Below, one piece after another: positions 1 through 9,483 of a DNA stretch of 64,000 bases. The position numbers and the translations under genes were made by a program. Each line of letters starts with the position of its first letter. The stretch's first letter is position 1. The stretch lies in contig CAWHAE010000010.1 in the NCBI GenBank assembly GCA_963827235.1, positions 672,001 to 736,000 of the forward strand, read 5' to 3'. The notes beneath the pieces are model-generated. The model made no database searches and had not been told where the DNA came from. It saw only the letters and a list, made by a program, of their open reading frames with translations. The stretch comes from an uncultured bacterium (lineage in GTDB: Bacteria; Chloroflexota; UBA5177; JANWHV01).

Positions 1-499
1 GTACGTGGACCAGGCCGTGACCTACGACGTGACGCGACAAGCGGACGGCAGTCTGGCCGTCCGGGTGACGATCGCCTACCGCGACCACGTCACGCATCCG
101 GAAACCTGGATCGCCCGGCCCTACTACCAGGATTACCTGCGCATCGCCGTGCCGGGCGGCGTCACGGCGATCGACCAGTCCGGCTACGACGACACCTTCT
201 GGCCGGACGAGCTGTCGCGCGGCCGCCACCTGATCGCGGGCGGCCTCACGGTGCCGGCCGGATCCAGCCGCGCGATCGCGGCAACCTACGTCGTGCCGGC
301 CCGCGATTCCGGCGCGAGCGCCTACAGCCTGCTGGTGCAGAAGCAGTCGGGCAGCCGGCCATGGTCGCTGACCGTGCGCGTACACGACGCCGGCCGCACG
401 TGGAGCGCGAGCCTCACGCTGCGGCACGACGTGCGGCTGTCCGTGCCCTGGAGCGCGCCCTCGGGCCCGCTGCGCGTGCAGAACGCCATGCCGGATTGA
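1..499 (+). CDS. DUF4012-family surface protein, C-terminal part (5' end outside window)
   Basis: Frame open from the window edge; Y.DYLRIAVP.G and YSLLVQKQSG motifs typical of the DUF4012 protein C-terminal region. Confidence 0.6.
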   Translation, partial: YVDQAVTYDVTRQADGSLAVRVTIAYRDHVTHPETWIARPYYQDYLRIAVPGGVTAIDQSGYDDTFWPDELSRGRHLIAGGLTVPAGSSRAIAATYVVPARDSGASAYSLLVQKQSGSRPWSLTVRVHDAGRTWSASLTLRHDVRLSVPWSAPSGPLRVQNAMPD

Positions 500-509
500 T
501 CGGCGCCTG

Positions 510-2117
510 ATGACACTCTTCCGCCTCCGGCCGCCCGACATCCACGGCACGCCGCCGCGAGACGCCGCCTCGAGCGGAAGCGCACCGGACGCGTCCGCGG
601 CCCGCGCGGGAACCGTGACCAGGGTGAGCGCCGAAGATGCTCTCGGCCCCGCTTCGTCGCCTCCGGGTCCGCCCGAGCCGATCACACCGCAGAACGAGCG
701 GCTGCGTCAGAGCCGGGCAGGCCGGCTCCTCGAGGCGGCCACCCGGCCGCGGCGCCGGGCGATCGCGGCACTGCCGGGCAAGACGCTGGCAGAGCGACCG
801 GGCGAGGCCACGGCGACGATGCCGGCCAGGGCGATCCTGGCCCTGCCGGGCAGGACGCTGGCAGAGCGATCGGCCGAAACGGCGACGGCGAGCCCGGTCG
901 GGGCGAGCACCGCCATGCCGGCTGAGATGCCGGCAGACCTGCCGGGCCACACGTTGACGGCCGGCCCGGCCGGATGGACCACAATCATGCCGGATAAGAC
1001 ATCGCGGGACCGCACCGACGAGACGGCGACGGGCAGCCCGGCCCGGGCGGTTGCCGCCGTGCCGGCCCGGAGCGTGGCCGTCTCGCCCGACAAGGCGGTG
1101 GCGGCGGCGCCGCTGACGCAGATCGCGGCAGCGGCGGTGGCGCCGGCGGCGCGCACCGCGCCGGCGGCAGGGAAGCCGATCGCGGCCTTGCCCGGCTGGT
1201 CGGCGGCGCCGCCGGGCGCGGGCGAACTCGACGAAGCCGGGGCCGCGAACGGCGTGGCCGTCGCCGCGGCAGGCGGGGCGGCGATCGCGGATGCCACCGC
1301 CGGGAGCGCCCGGATCGCGCGGGTCTTGCCCGGCCTGCCGAGCAGCGCGCGAGGCATGCTGATCCTGGCCGTCGCCGCGCTGCTCTGCGTGGCGGCGGCC
1401 GAGACCATGGTGGCCTACGGCGACCCGCGCATCGGCATCGGCATGCACATCGCCCTGCTCGCCCTCACCCTGGTCCTGGCCGCGCAGGCGGGCGACGCGC
1501 GCTGGCAGGGGTTCTTCATGGCCCTGGCCTTCGCGCCGATCATTCGCATCGCCAGCACGGGCATGCCGCTGCAGAACTTCGCGCAGCCCTACTGGTACGT
1601 GCTGACCAGCGTGCCGCTGTTCATCGCCGGCTACCTGGTGGCGCGGGAGTGCGGCCTGCGGCGCGCGGACATCTGCCTGCGACTGCCGGACCTGGGCAGC
1701 CTGCCCACGGACCTGGCAGTGGCGGCGGCTGGCGTGCCGCTGGGCTACGTCGAATGGCGAATCCTGCGGCCCGCACCCATGGTCGAGAGTCACTCCGTGG
1801 CCTGGCTGGTGGCAGGCGCCCTGATCCTGCTGATCTGCACGGGCCTGGTGGAGGAGCTGCTGTTCCGCGGCGTGCTGCAATTCGTGGCCATCCGGCTGTT
1901 CGGCGTGCGCGGCGGCGTGCTCTTCTCGGCGGGCCTGTTCGCCACGCTGCACATTGGCCACCTCTCGGTCCTTGACGACGTCTTCGTGCTCGGCGTGGGT
2001 CTGCAGTTCAGCCTGGCGGTGCGCTACAGCCGATCGCTGCTCGGCGTGACCCTGGCCCACGGCCTGATCAACGTCATGCTGTTCATGGTCCTGCCCCTGG
2101 GCCTTCTGCCGACCTGA
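510..2117 (+). CDS. CPBP (type II CAAX/Abi) intramembrane glutamic endopeptidase with long Ala/Pro-rich repetitive N-terminus
   Basis: EELLFRG, FATLH and AHGLIN motifs; multiple TM helices after ~aa 280. Confidence 0.9.
   Translation: MTLFRLRPPDIHGTPPRDAASSGSAPDASAARAGTVTRVSAEDALGPASSPPGPPEPITPQNERLRQSRAGRLLEAATRPRRRAIAALPGKTLAERPGEATATMPARAILALPGRTLAERSAETATASPVGASTAMPAEMPADLPGHTLTAGPAGWTTIMPDKTSRDRTDETATGSPARAVAAVPARSVAVSPDKAVAAAPLTQIAAAAVAPAARTAPAAGKPIAALPGWSAAPPGAGELDEAGAANGVAVAAAGGAAIADATAGSARIARVLPGLPSSARGMLILAVAALLCVAAAETMVAYGDPRIGIGMHIALLALTLVLAAQAGDARWQGFFMALAFAPIIRIASTGMPLQNFAQPYWYVLTSVPLFIAGYLVARECGLRRADICLRLPDLGSLPTDLAVAAAGVPLGYVEWRILRPAPMVESHSVAWLVAGALILLICTGLVEELLFRGVLQFVAIRLFGVRGGVLFSAGLFATLHIGHLSVLDDVFVLGVGLQFSLAVRYSRSLLGVTLAHGLINVMLFMVLPLGLLPT
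757..900 (+). repeat. 72-bp (24-aa) coding tandem repeat, 2 good copies plus degenerate copies to ~1330
   Basis: gggcgatc...ctgccgggca(a/g)gacgctggcagagcga starts at 757 and 829 (RAI.ALPG.TLAER..E...). Confidence 0.8.
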
Positions 2118-2201
2118 AGGCAGCGCTTGCTTGACGAGACGAATGGGACTATAGTAATGGCGGGAAAGTACTAGAGGAAACCCGCAGTGAGGGGTCGTGG
2201 A

Positions 2202-2912
2202 ATGATGGCTACGATCGCGAGCGTGCCTCGCAAGGCCGTGGTGTCGATTGTCGCGGTAGTATCGCTCCTCGGATCGCTTGGAGCGATCGCTCCGAGCGCC
2301 TCGCAGGCCGCTCACGCTTCGACGATCGTCGCGGCCAGCAGCGCCGGCGCCCACGGCGTGGACGGCTCCGGCGGCGGCAAGTCCGGCGGCGGCGATGGTA
2401 AAGGCAACCAGGGCGGCGGCAAATGCGATTCCCACGACAAGAACGGATGCAACCCGGGCGGGGGCGGCGGTGGCGGCGGGTGCGATCCGCGCGACTCGAC
2501 GCAGCCGTGCCATCCGGGTGGCGGCGGCGGGAAGCTGCCCATTCCGACGTGCCCCGGGCGCAGCGCGCACGACCCCGATCGCGACCATTGCTGGCTCCCC
2601 GTGCAGTTCCCGGACCCGGGCAAAGACAATAATCATGGCTTGGGCTTCGACGTACCCGTCTCCCGCGACGGCAAGGGCATCGGGCAGAACTGCTCGCTGT
2701 CGGTGACCGTGGCGCCCAACGGCCAGTTCGCGCTCAACGTCAATACGCCGGACGGCAAGCCGGTCGCCTCCTACTCGCCGCCGATCACGGCGTCGCCGCC
2801 GGCCGGCCTGGCGCACCCGGTGCTGCAGGAGCTGACCAAGAACGGCTTCGCCACGGTGAGCGGCAACCAGATCGGCCATCCGGGCGTGTTCGTGTGGGTA
2901 GCGGGCAGGTAG
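2202..2912 (+). CDS. Secreted Gly-rich, Cys-pair-containing hypothetical protein
   Basis: RBS-like gagggg at 2189, ATG 2202/2205, signal peptide, poly-Gly linkers between three Cys pairs, GC-rich third positions. Confidence 0.8.
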   Translation: MMATIASVPRKAVVSIVAVVSLLGSLGAIAPSASQAAHASTIVAASSAGAHGVDGSGGGKSGGGDGKGNQGGGKCDSHDKNGCNPGGGGGGGGCDPRDSTQPCHPGGGGGKLPIPTCPGRSAHDPDRDHCWLPVQFPDPGKDNNHGLGFDVPVSRDGKGIGQNCSLSVTVAPNGQFALNVNTPDGKPVASYSPPITASPPAGLAHPVLQELTKNGFATVSGNQIGHPGVFVWVAGR

Positions 2913-3009
2913 TGACGGTAGCCGTGCGCGGTGACCGCCGCGCACTCTACGGGTGGTGAAGCGCGTGAGAGCGGCGCGAGCGAACCGCGTGGAGTAGCAG
3001 CTGTCCACC

Positions 3010-6000
3010 ATGAACCCTCGAACGAACGCCGTCGCGGCACTGGTTGCCGCGGCGGCGTTCGCCGTCTACGAGGCAACGTCCAGCCACGGAGTATCCTGGG
3101 CCCTGGGCGTGTCGGACAGCGGCGAGCTGGCGGCGGCGGCGCACGTGCTCGGCGTGCCGCACCCCACGGGCTATCCGCTCTACATGCTGCTGGGCTGGCT
3201 GGTGAGCAACGCGCCGCTGGGCGCCGACCCGGCATCCAGGCTCACGGCGCTCTCGGCGATCTGCGGCGCGCTGGCCTGCGGCCTGGCCTGCCTGCTGGTC
3301 GCCGCCCTGGCGTCCGGTGACGACCACTCCGGGCTCCCGCCTCCGGTCCGGCGCGCACGGGCACCACGGCCAACCGGGCCGGCCACCGGCTCCGATCGGC
3401 CGGAGTGGACACTCCTCGTGGGGCCGCTGTGCGGCGGCGCGGCCTGCGCGGGACTCTCGTCGCTGTGGCGCCAGTCCACGGCGCCGGAGACGCGGCCCCT
3501 GGCGATGTGCCTGGTGCTGGGCGCCCTGCTCCTGCTCCTGCAGGCCTGCCGCCGCCGCGACCGCGGTCTGCTGATCTGGTCCTGGGCCGTCTGGGGCTTC
3601 GCGCTGGCCGACCACCTGCTCTGCCTGGCCCTGCTGCCGGCGCTGGCGATCGGCACGGTGGTGCTGTCGCTCGATCGCGGCAGCGCAACGGATGCAGCCG
3701 CGCCGCCGATCCCGTCGCCGGACGCGGATCACGGACTCGAGGAGCCCGCCCCGGCGCCGGGCATCACCATGGACGGCCCGCAAGCTCCGGCCGCCGGCAG
3801 CCTTCCCACCACGCCACACCCGCGACCCACCGCGGCGGGTACCCCGGCCGGCCCGGACCCTGCCATGCTGCCGCCGCTGGAGGCCGCTGTTCCCGCAGCC
3901 GGCCCGGACCCTGCCATCCTGCGACCGCAGTCGGACCTCGCGCTGCCATGCGACCGCAGTCGCAGGTTCGCCCTGTGCGCGCCGCTCGCGATTCTCCCCG
4001 GCCTCTGTCTCTATGCCTACCTGCCGCTGCGCGCCGGCGCGCACCCGTCGCTCGACTGGGGCGATCCGGAGACGCCCGGCCGCTTCCTCGACACGATCAC
4101 GGGATCGCAGTACAGCGACCTGATGGGCGTCCCGATGCCGGATCTGGGCGCGCGGCTGATCGACCGACTGGGCGACATGGGTTCGGTGCTGGGCGCTCCC
4201 CTGGCGGCGGCCGCGCTGCTGGGAGCCCTGCTGCTGGCGTGGCGATCGCGGACGGCGGCGGCGCTGCTGGCGGCGGTATGGCTCACCGCCCTGCTGCAGT
4301 CGTCGCTCTACGCCGCCGGATCGGCGCCGGTGTACCTGCTGCCCGCCGAGGTGGTGGCCTGTCTGTGCGCCGGCTACGCGGCCGGCTGCCTGCCGCCGCT
4401 GCTTCGCGGCCGGGCGGCGCGCATCGCCGGCGTGGCCCTGCTTGCCGGGCTGGCGGCGCTCACGGCGGCGCACGACGTCTCGGATGTGCAATCCCTGCAG
4501 GCCGGCGTCCACGACCAGGACGTGACGGCGTTCGCGCGCGCCGCGCTCACCGGGCTGCCCGACCGCTCGCTGGTCGTGGTGTCGGGCGACGAGGACACCT
4601 TCGCGCTGTGGTACGCGCAGTTCGGCCTCGGTCTGCGCGCCGACGTGGCGGTGGTGAACGTGGATCTGCTGGCCTGGCACTGGTACCGGGACGATCTCCG
4701 GCACGGCTACCCGTGGCTGCAGTGGGGTCCGCCGTGGCAGCCGGACGGCGCGGCCGACGAGGTCACGCGCTCCACGGATCGCGAGGACGCGCTCGTGCGG
4801 GCCATGGCCGGCTACCGGCCGATCTACTTCACCAGCCTGATGGACATACCGGTGCAGATCTGCGCCCCGCACGGGATCGCCAACCTCTTCCAGTGCGTGC
4901 CGGAGGCGGGCCAGTTCGTGCCCACGGCCACGGCGAGCATGCCGGCGCCCGGGCGGCCGCGAGGCCGGGTGCGGATCGCCATCCAGCCGATCGCCAAGGT
5001 AATCGGCGATGCGTCCCAGGCGCCGGCGGGCGTGCTGCGGCAGAACGGCGGGCTGGACAACGTGACCGGCGCGGACCTCGGCTATCCGGCGCTCTACCGG
5101 GGCCGCTGGTACCTGGCCTTCGGCGACACGGCCTACGACGCGGGCAAGGTGGGCCAGTTCCCCTTCTTTCCCAATATCGACGCCCCGTCCAACTTCGTGG
5201 TCGCCACCTCGGCGTCCTCCGACCTGGATGGCGGGCTGCCGTTCAGCGGCTATCTCAACACGCGGCCGGCATACATGTCCAAAGCCTCGGCGCCCTTCCG
5301 GGCCATCGCGGGGCACGCCGACCAGTACACGCTGCCCGGGGGACTCTACACCGTGCGCTACCGCGGCCGGGAGACGCTGATCGCCCAGTACATGCTGGAT
5401 GGGAACGCGGGCGGCGACCTGCACTGGGCGGAGCGGTCGACCATCGCCGTGTTCGATCCGGCGGACGGCATGTTCCACGACTGGAAGGCGGCCGTCTACG
5501 ACTGGCACGCGGCGGCGGGCAGCCACTCGCAGTACGACTTCGGCAACAGCGTGTTCTGGGAGGACGGCGCGGAGCGCTACCTCTACATGGTCGGCGCCGG
5601 CACGGACCGCTTCGGCGGCGCCAAGATCGCGCGCATCCCCGTGGCATCCTTCCTCGACCCGAGGGACCACGCGGGCTGGTCGTACTGGCTGGGAGGGTCG
5701 TGGTCGGCTCCCACCGTGGACGAAGGCGCGATCGCACGGTCGGTGGCCTGGCTGATCCCGCCGCGCGACCCGGCGTGGTCGCCGGGCAAGAGCTACGCCA
5801 ACGACCCGCACCGGTGCGCGGACATGGGCATCGGCGAGTTCAGCCTGGTGTGGAATGCCTACCTCGGGCGCTTCCTGCTGTTGACCGGCACGGGCAGCTG
5901 CGGGTCGAGCGACCTCCGCATCTACCAGGCGGCGTCGCCGGCCGGACCGTGGACGGCATCGCCGGCGCAGATACTCGCTGCCGGCGATGCCGGGCAGGGA

Positions 6001-6136
6001 GGGGCGGGCCGGCGGCCTGTACGCCCCCTACAGCACGGACGAGATGGAGGCGAACGGCGGGCAGACGATCTACTTCCTCCTGTCGACGTACGGCGGCTAC
6101 GGCGTCTACCTGTACAAGGCCACGCTCTCGGCGTAG
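3010..6136 (+). CDS. DUF2723 (TMEM260-like GT-C protein O-mannosyltransferase) fused to DUF4185 glycoside-hydrolase-like domain; frameshifted near the 3' end
   Basis: DSGEL...LGVPHPTGYPLY, YAYLPLRA...DWGDP and GDEDTFALWY (DUF2723); GADLG...FGDT and GEFSLVWNAYLGRFLL (DUF4185); the C-terminus GGLYAPY...IYFLLSTY..YGVYLYKATL* is in the +1 frame ending at TAG 6134-6136. Confidence 0.8.
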
Positions 6137-6167
6137 CGGGAGGGGCGAGCGACCTGCCTGAAATTGG

Positions 6168-6269
6168 CCTCCATCGGCGGAAGGATGGCAGCGCACGGGG
6201 CGACCGCGGTCGCGGAGAGACGTACCTCCATCTGCGGAAGGATGGCAGCGCACGGGGCGACTGCGGTCG
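6168..6269. repeat. Two 45-bp direct repeats (period 57 bp) with internal palindromes, REP/MITE-like
   Basis: cctccatc(g/t)gcggaaggatggcagcgcacggggcgac(c/t)gcggtcg at 6168-6212 and 6225-6269, 2 mismatches. Confidence 0.9.
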
Positions 6270-6455
6270 GGGATGAGGCCGGGAGGCCTCGATATATCTG
6301 CTATTTATGCTCTGCTATACTGGGTCTAGCACCATGGTGGACCGCTCGATTGGTGCAGTTTGCCGCGGCAGGACTGAGCAAGATGCCGCTCATGATCGTG
6401 CGCGGTAGACGGAGGCGACGAGTCGAAGTAGCGGTGAGTCAGGAGGGTGGCTGCA

Positions 6456-7625
6456 ATGGGTGTGCGGACCAGCGTAATCGGCAGAAGCGTGGCGGTACTT
6501 GCACTCGTCTCGAGCTTGACGCTTTCAACAGGCTACCTCTCTCGAGCACACGCGGACTCCACGACGCCGATCTACCTCGTCACAGGAAGCGACGTGAACG
6601 TCGAGACGTTATGGCGCGACACGCTGATTCCCGACTTCACCAAGGCGTTCCCCCAGTACAGCGTCACGTACACGAACATCCTGCACGGCACCAACATGCA
6701 GGGTCTCGTGGTCAACAATCTCGTCGCCGCCAAGCAGGCCGGGCAGAAGACGGTTGACTACGATATCTTCGAGGACGCTCCCAACAACTACCAGTTCCCC
6801 ACCGGCTCGACGTTCAAAGACTACTTCCTGCCGCTGAACGCGGGCAACGTTCCCAACGTCGCAAAGATCGATCCCTCCGTGGAGCTCTCGGCTCAAGGCT
6901 ATGGCGTGGCCTATCGGGCCTCGGCCGTGGTTCTCGCCTACAACAGCCAGAAAGTGACCAATCCGCCGAAGTCCTTCGCCGACCTGATCGCCTGGATCAA
7001 GGCGAACCCGGGCAAGTTCACGTACTGCAATCCCAATGACGGCGGATCGGGCGGCAACTTCGTCATCGCGGCGATCCGGTCGCAGATGGATCCGGCACAG
7101 TACGTCCAGATGGCCAAAGTGCCCTACAACGCCTCGTTCGAGAAGGATTGGCCCAAGGCCTGGGCGCTGCTCAAGTCGATCCAGCCCGATCTCTTCGAGC
7201 ACGGCTTCTACCCCAACGGGAACCTCCCGATTCTCAACCTGCTGGCCAAGGGCAGCCTCACGGTGGCGACCGCGTGGTCCGACCAGAGCCTGAGCGCGCT
7301 CGGCACGGGGCTGCTGCCCAAGTACATCAAGCTCACGCAGATCAATCCGCCGTTCCCGGGCGGCCCCACGTTCCTCTCGGTGCCGAAGATGGCTCAGAAT
7401 CCGGCGGGCGCCAGGGCGTTCATCAACTTCGTCCTGCAGCCTGCCGAGCAGGCGAAGATCGCGCTGGCCATCGACGGATTCCCCTCGATCGAGTTCAAGT
7501 ACATTCCGAGCAGCGTGGTGAAGGCCCTCGGCCCGATCGCCACGGGCTGGGACTCGTTCTGGCCGGGCGGACAATACGCGCGCGACGTGAACGCGCTCTG
7601 GCTCAAGAACGTTCCTTCCAGCTAG
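6456..7625 (+). CDS. ABC transporter solute-binding protein (PotD/YnjB-like cluster)
   Basis: Signal peptide ending AHA; LAYNS..V.NPPKSF.DL..W.K.NPGKFTY..P..GGSG; first gene of an ABC operon. Confidence 0.9.
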   Translation: MGVRTSVIGRSVAVLALVSSLTLSTGYLSRAHADSTTPIYLVTGSDVNVETLWRDTLIPDFTKAFPQYSVTYTNILHGTNMQGLVVNNLVAAKQAGQKTVDYDIFEDAPNNYQFPTGSTFKDYFLPLNAGNVPNVAKIDPSVELSAQGYGVAYRASAVVLAYNSQKVTNPPKSFADLIAWIKANPGKFTYCNPNDGGSGGNFVIAAIRSQMDPAQYVQMAKVPYNASFEKDWPKAWALLKSIQPDLFEHGFYPNGNLPILNLLAKGSLTVATAWSDQSLSALGTGLLPKYIKLTQINPPFPGGPTFLSVPKMAQNPAGARAFINFVLQPAEQAKIALAIDGFPSIEFKYIPSSVVKALGPIATGWDSFWPGGQYARDVNALWLKNVPSS

Positions 7626-7646
7626 CTCGGGTCGATAGGCGACGCG

Positions 7647-8588
7647 GTGGCGGCGTCCTTCGATCTCAATGCCGTAAGAGCGGTGGCGGCTCCCCGCCGC
7701 CACCGCTCACTCAGGCTGCGCGAGCATCTGATCGCGTATCTCATGATCGCGCCTCCCGTGCTGTTCCTGGCCGTGATCATCGTCTATCCCGCGCTCAAGG
7801 CGGTGTGGGACACGCTCGCGGTGCAGCACGTCGTGGTGCATAACGGCGTGCAATCCGTCCAGCGCGCCTTCAGCTGGGAGGTCTACCGCCAGATCTGGAA
7901 CGACAAGCTGGCGCGCGACTCCATCTTCTACAGCCTGCGCGTGACCGTCACGTCGGTCGTGCTGCTGTTTCTGATCTGCTATCCGGTGGCGGCATATCTG
8001 CGCTTCAGACACGGCCCGGCCACCGCGGTGCTTCGATCGCTGTGCCTGATACCGCTCTTCATTCCCACGATTATCGCGGCATACGCGTTCATCTCCTTCT
8101 ACCAGCAGGGCAACTTCCTCGACGTGCTGCTGCAGGACACCCACGTCGAGCAAACGGTGTTCGGCGGCAACTATCCGCAGGTGATCGGCAGCACGAACGG
8201 CGTGGTATTGGGCCAGGTGTGGAAGAGCATCCCGATCACCGTGCTGCTGCTGGGTGCCGGCCTGGGCGAAGTCGACAACGCGCTGATCGAAAGTGCGCGC
8301 GACGTCGGCGCCGGATGGCTGCGCATATTCTTCAGCGTTCTCTTCCCCCTGACGCTGAGGCAGGCGCTGATCGCCTTTGCCCTGTCGTTCATCGGCATAC
8401 TGGGCAGCTTCACCGTTCCCTATCTGCTCGGCCCGACCGTGCCGCTCATGCTCGGCCCGATGATGGACCTCGACGTCAACCAGATGCAGGTGCTGGTCGC
8501 CCAGGGGCTGGCCGTGATCACGTTCCTCTTCGCGCTCGTGGTGGGGGCGCTCTATGCCGTCGCCGTGGCCGGACAGCGCTGGCGGTAG
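7647..8588 (+). CDS. ABC transporter permease (PotB-like)
   Basis: TM helices; EAA loop LIESARDVGAG. Confidence 0.9.
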   Translation: MAASFDLNAVRAVAAPRRHRSLRLREHLIAYLMIAPPVLFLAVIIVYPALKAVWDTLAVQHVVVHNGVQSVQRAFSWEVYRQIWNDKLARDSIFYSLRVTVTSVVLLFLICYPVAAYLRFRHGPATAVLRSLCLIPLFIPTIIAAYAFISFYQQGNFLDVLLQDTHVEQTVFGGNYPQVIGSTNGVVLGQVWKSIPITVLLLGAGLGEVDNALIESARDVGAGWLRIFFSVLFPLTLRQALIAFALSFIGILGSFTVPYLLGPTVPLMLGPMMDLDVNQMQVLVAQGLAVITFLFALVVGALYAVAVAGQRWR

Positions 8589-8594
8589 CGCACC

Positions 8595-9482
8595 ATGATT
8601 GCCGACTCGCTTCACGACTCAGCCCCCGGTGCCTTGAAGCACACCGGCGGCTTGCGGTCCGCCGGCAATGCTCGCCTTTCGCGCCTGTTTTCGGGCACGG
8701 CCACCTGGATACTGCTGGTGCTCCTGGCAGTCTTCATACTGGGGCCGCTGTTCGTGATGGCGCTCTGGGCGTTCGAAAGCCAGTGGACGGGAACCGACCT
8801 GTTCCCGACAAGCTGGACGCTTCACTGGTGGTCGGACGTCTGGAACCTGACCGGCATTGTGGATGCCGTCAAGCTCAGTCTCGAGACGGCGACGGTGGTG
8901 ATGATCTGTACGACCGTGCTCTGCCTTCCTGCCTCGTACGCGTTTGCGCGCTTCCGGTTCTTCGGCCGCCAGGCCGTGCTGCTGGCCTTCCTGGCATCCA
9001 ATGCCTTTCCCAAGTTCGGACTGTACATCAGCATCCTGACCCTGCTCTACCAGATCAACTTCATGCAGACGTTTCAGGGCATCGTCACGATCCAGATGGT
9101 GGAAACGCTGCTGTTCATGATCTGGATCCCGACCACTGCCTTCCAGAACATCGACCGCAGCCTGGAGGAGGCGGCGAGAGACGCCGGGTGCTCTCAGGCC
9201 GGCGCGTTCGTGCGCATCACCTTGCCGCTCGCCGCCCCCGCCATCGCGGTGGCCATGCTGCTGTCGTTCGTGGCGGCGCTCGACGAATCGCAGGGCACGC
9301 TGCTGGTCGGGCTGCCGCATTACAAGACCATGCCGCTGATCATGTACGATGCAGTGAACAGCTACTCGCAACCCGAGGGCGCCGTCTTCGCCCTGATGCT
9401 CTCGATTCCATCCCTGCTGCTGCTCGTGGCGGCCCAATTCCTGGCGCGGGGTAGAGGTATTCGTATCCTGGGAGCGTCCTGA
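8595..9482 (+). CDS. ABC transporter permease (PotC-like)
   Basis: EAA loop LEEAARDAGCS; TM helices. Confidence 0.9.
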   Translation: MIADSLHDSAPGALKHTGGLRSAGNARLSRLFSGTATWILLVLLAVFILGPLFVMALWAFESQWTGTDLFPTSWTLHWWSDVWNLTGIVDAVKLSLETATVVMICTTVLCLPASYAFARFRFFGRQAVLLAFLASNAFPKFGLYISILTLLYQINFMQTFQGIVTIQMVETLLFMIWIPTTAFQNIDRSLEEAARDAGCSQAGAFVRITLPLAAPAIAVAMLLSFVAALDESQGTLLVGLPHYKTMPLIMYDAVNSYSQPEGAVFALMLSIPSLLLLVAAQFLARGRGIRILGAS

Positions 9483-9483
9483 G

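Noticed and set aside
414-5811. Long minus-strand ORFs (414-3011, 2947-5811) and alternate-frame 3405-6161
   Set aside because: Arg/Gly/Ala-rich shadows of high-GC genes with no motifs; the same applies to 9579-11567, 13321-15321, 16508-18016 and 53753-55669
6168-6269. Possible CRISPR mini-array
   Set aside because: Only two 45-bp units with a 12-bp gap, and no cas genes or leader
6137-6276. Repeated peptide LHxRKDGSARGD at the end of the 1088-aa ORF
   Set aside because: Artefact of frameshift read-through into the DNA repeat
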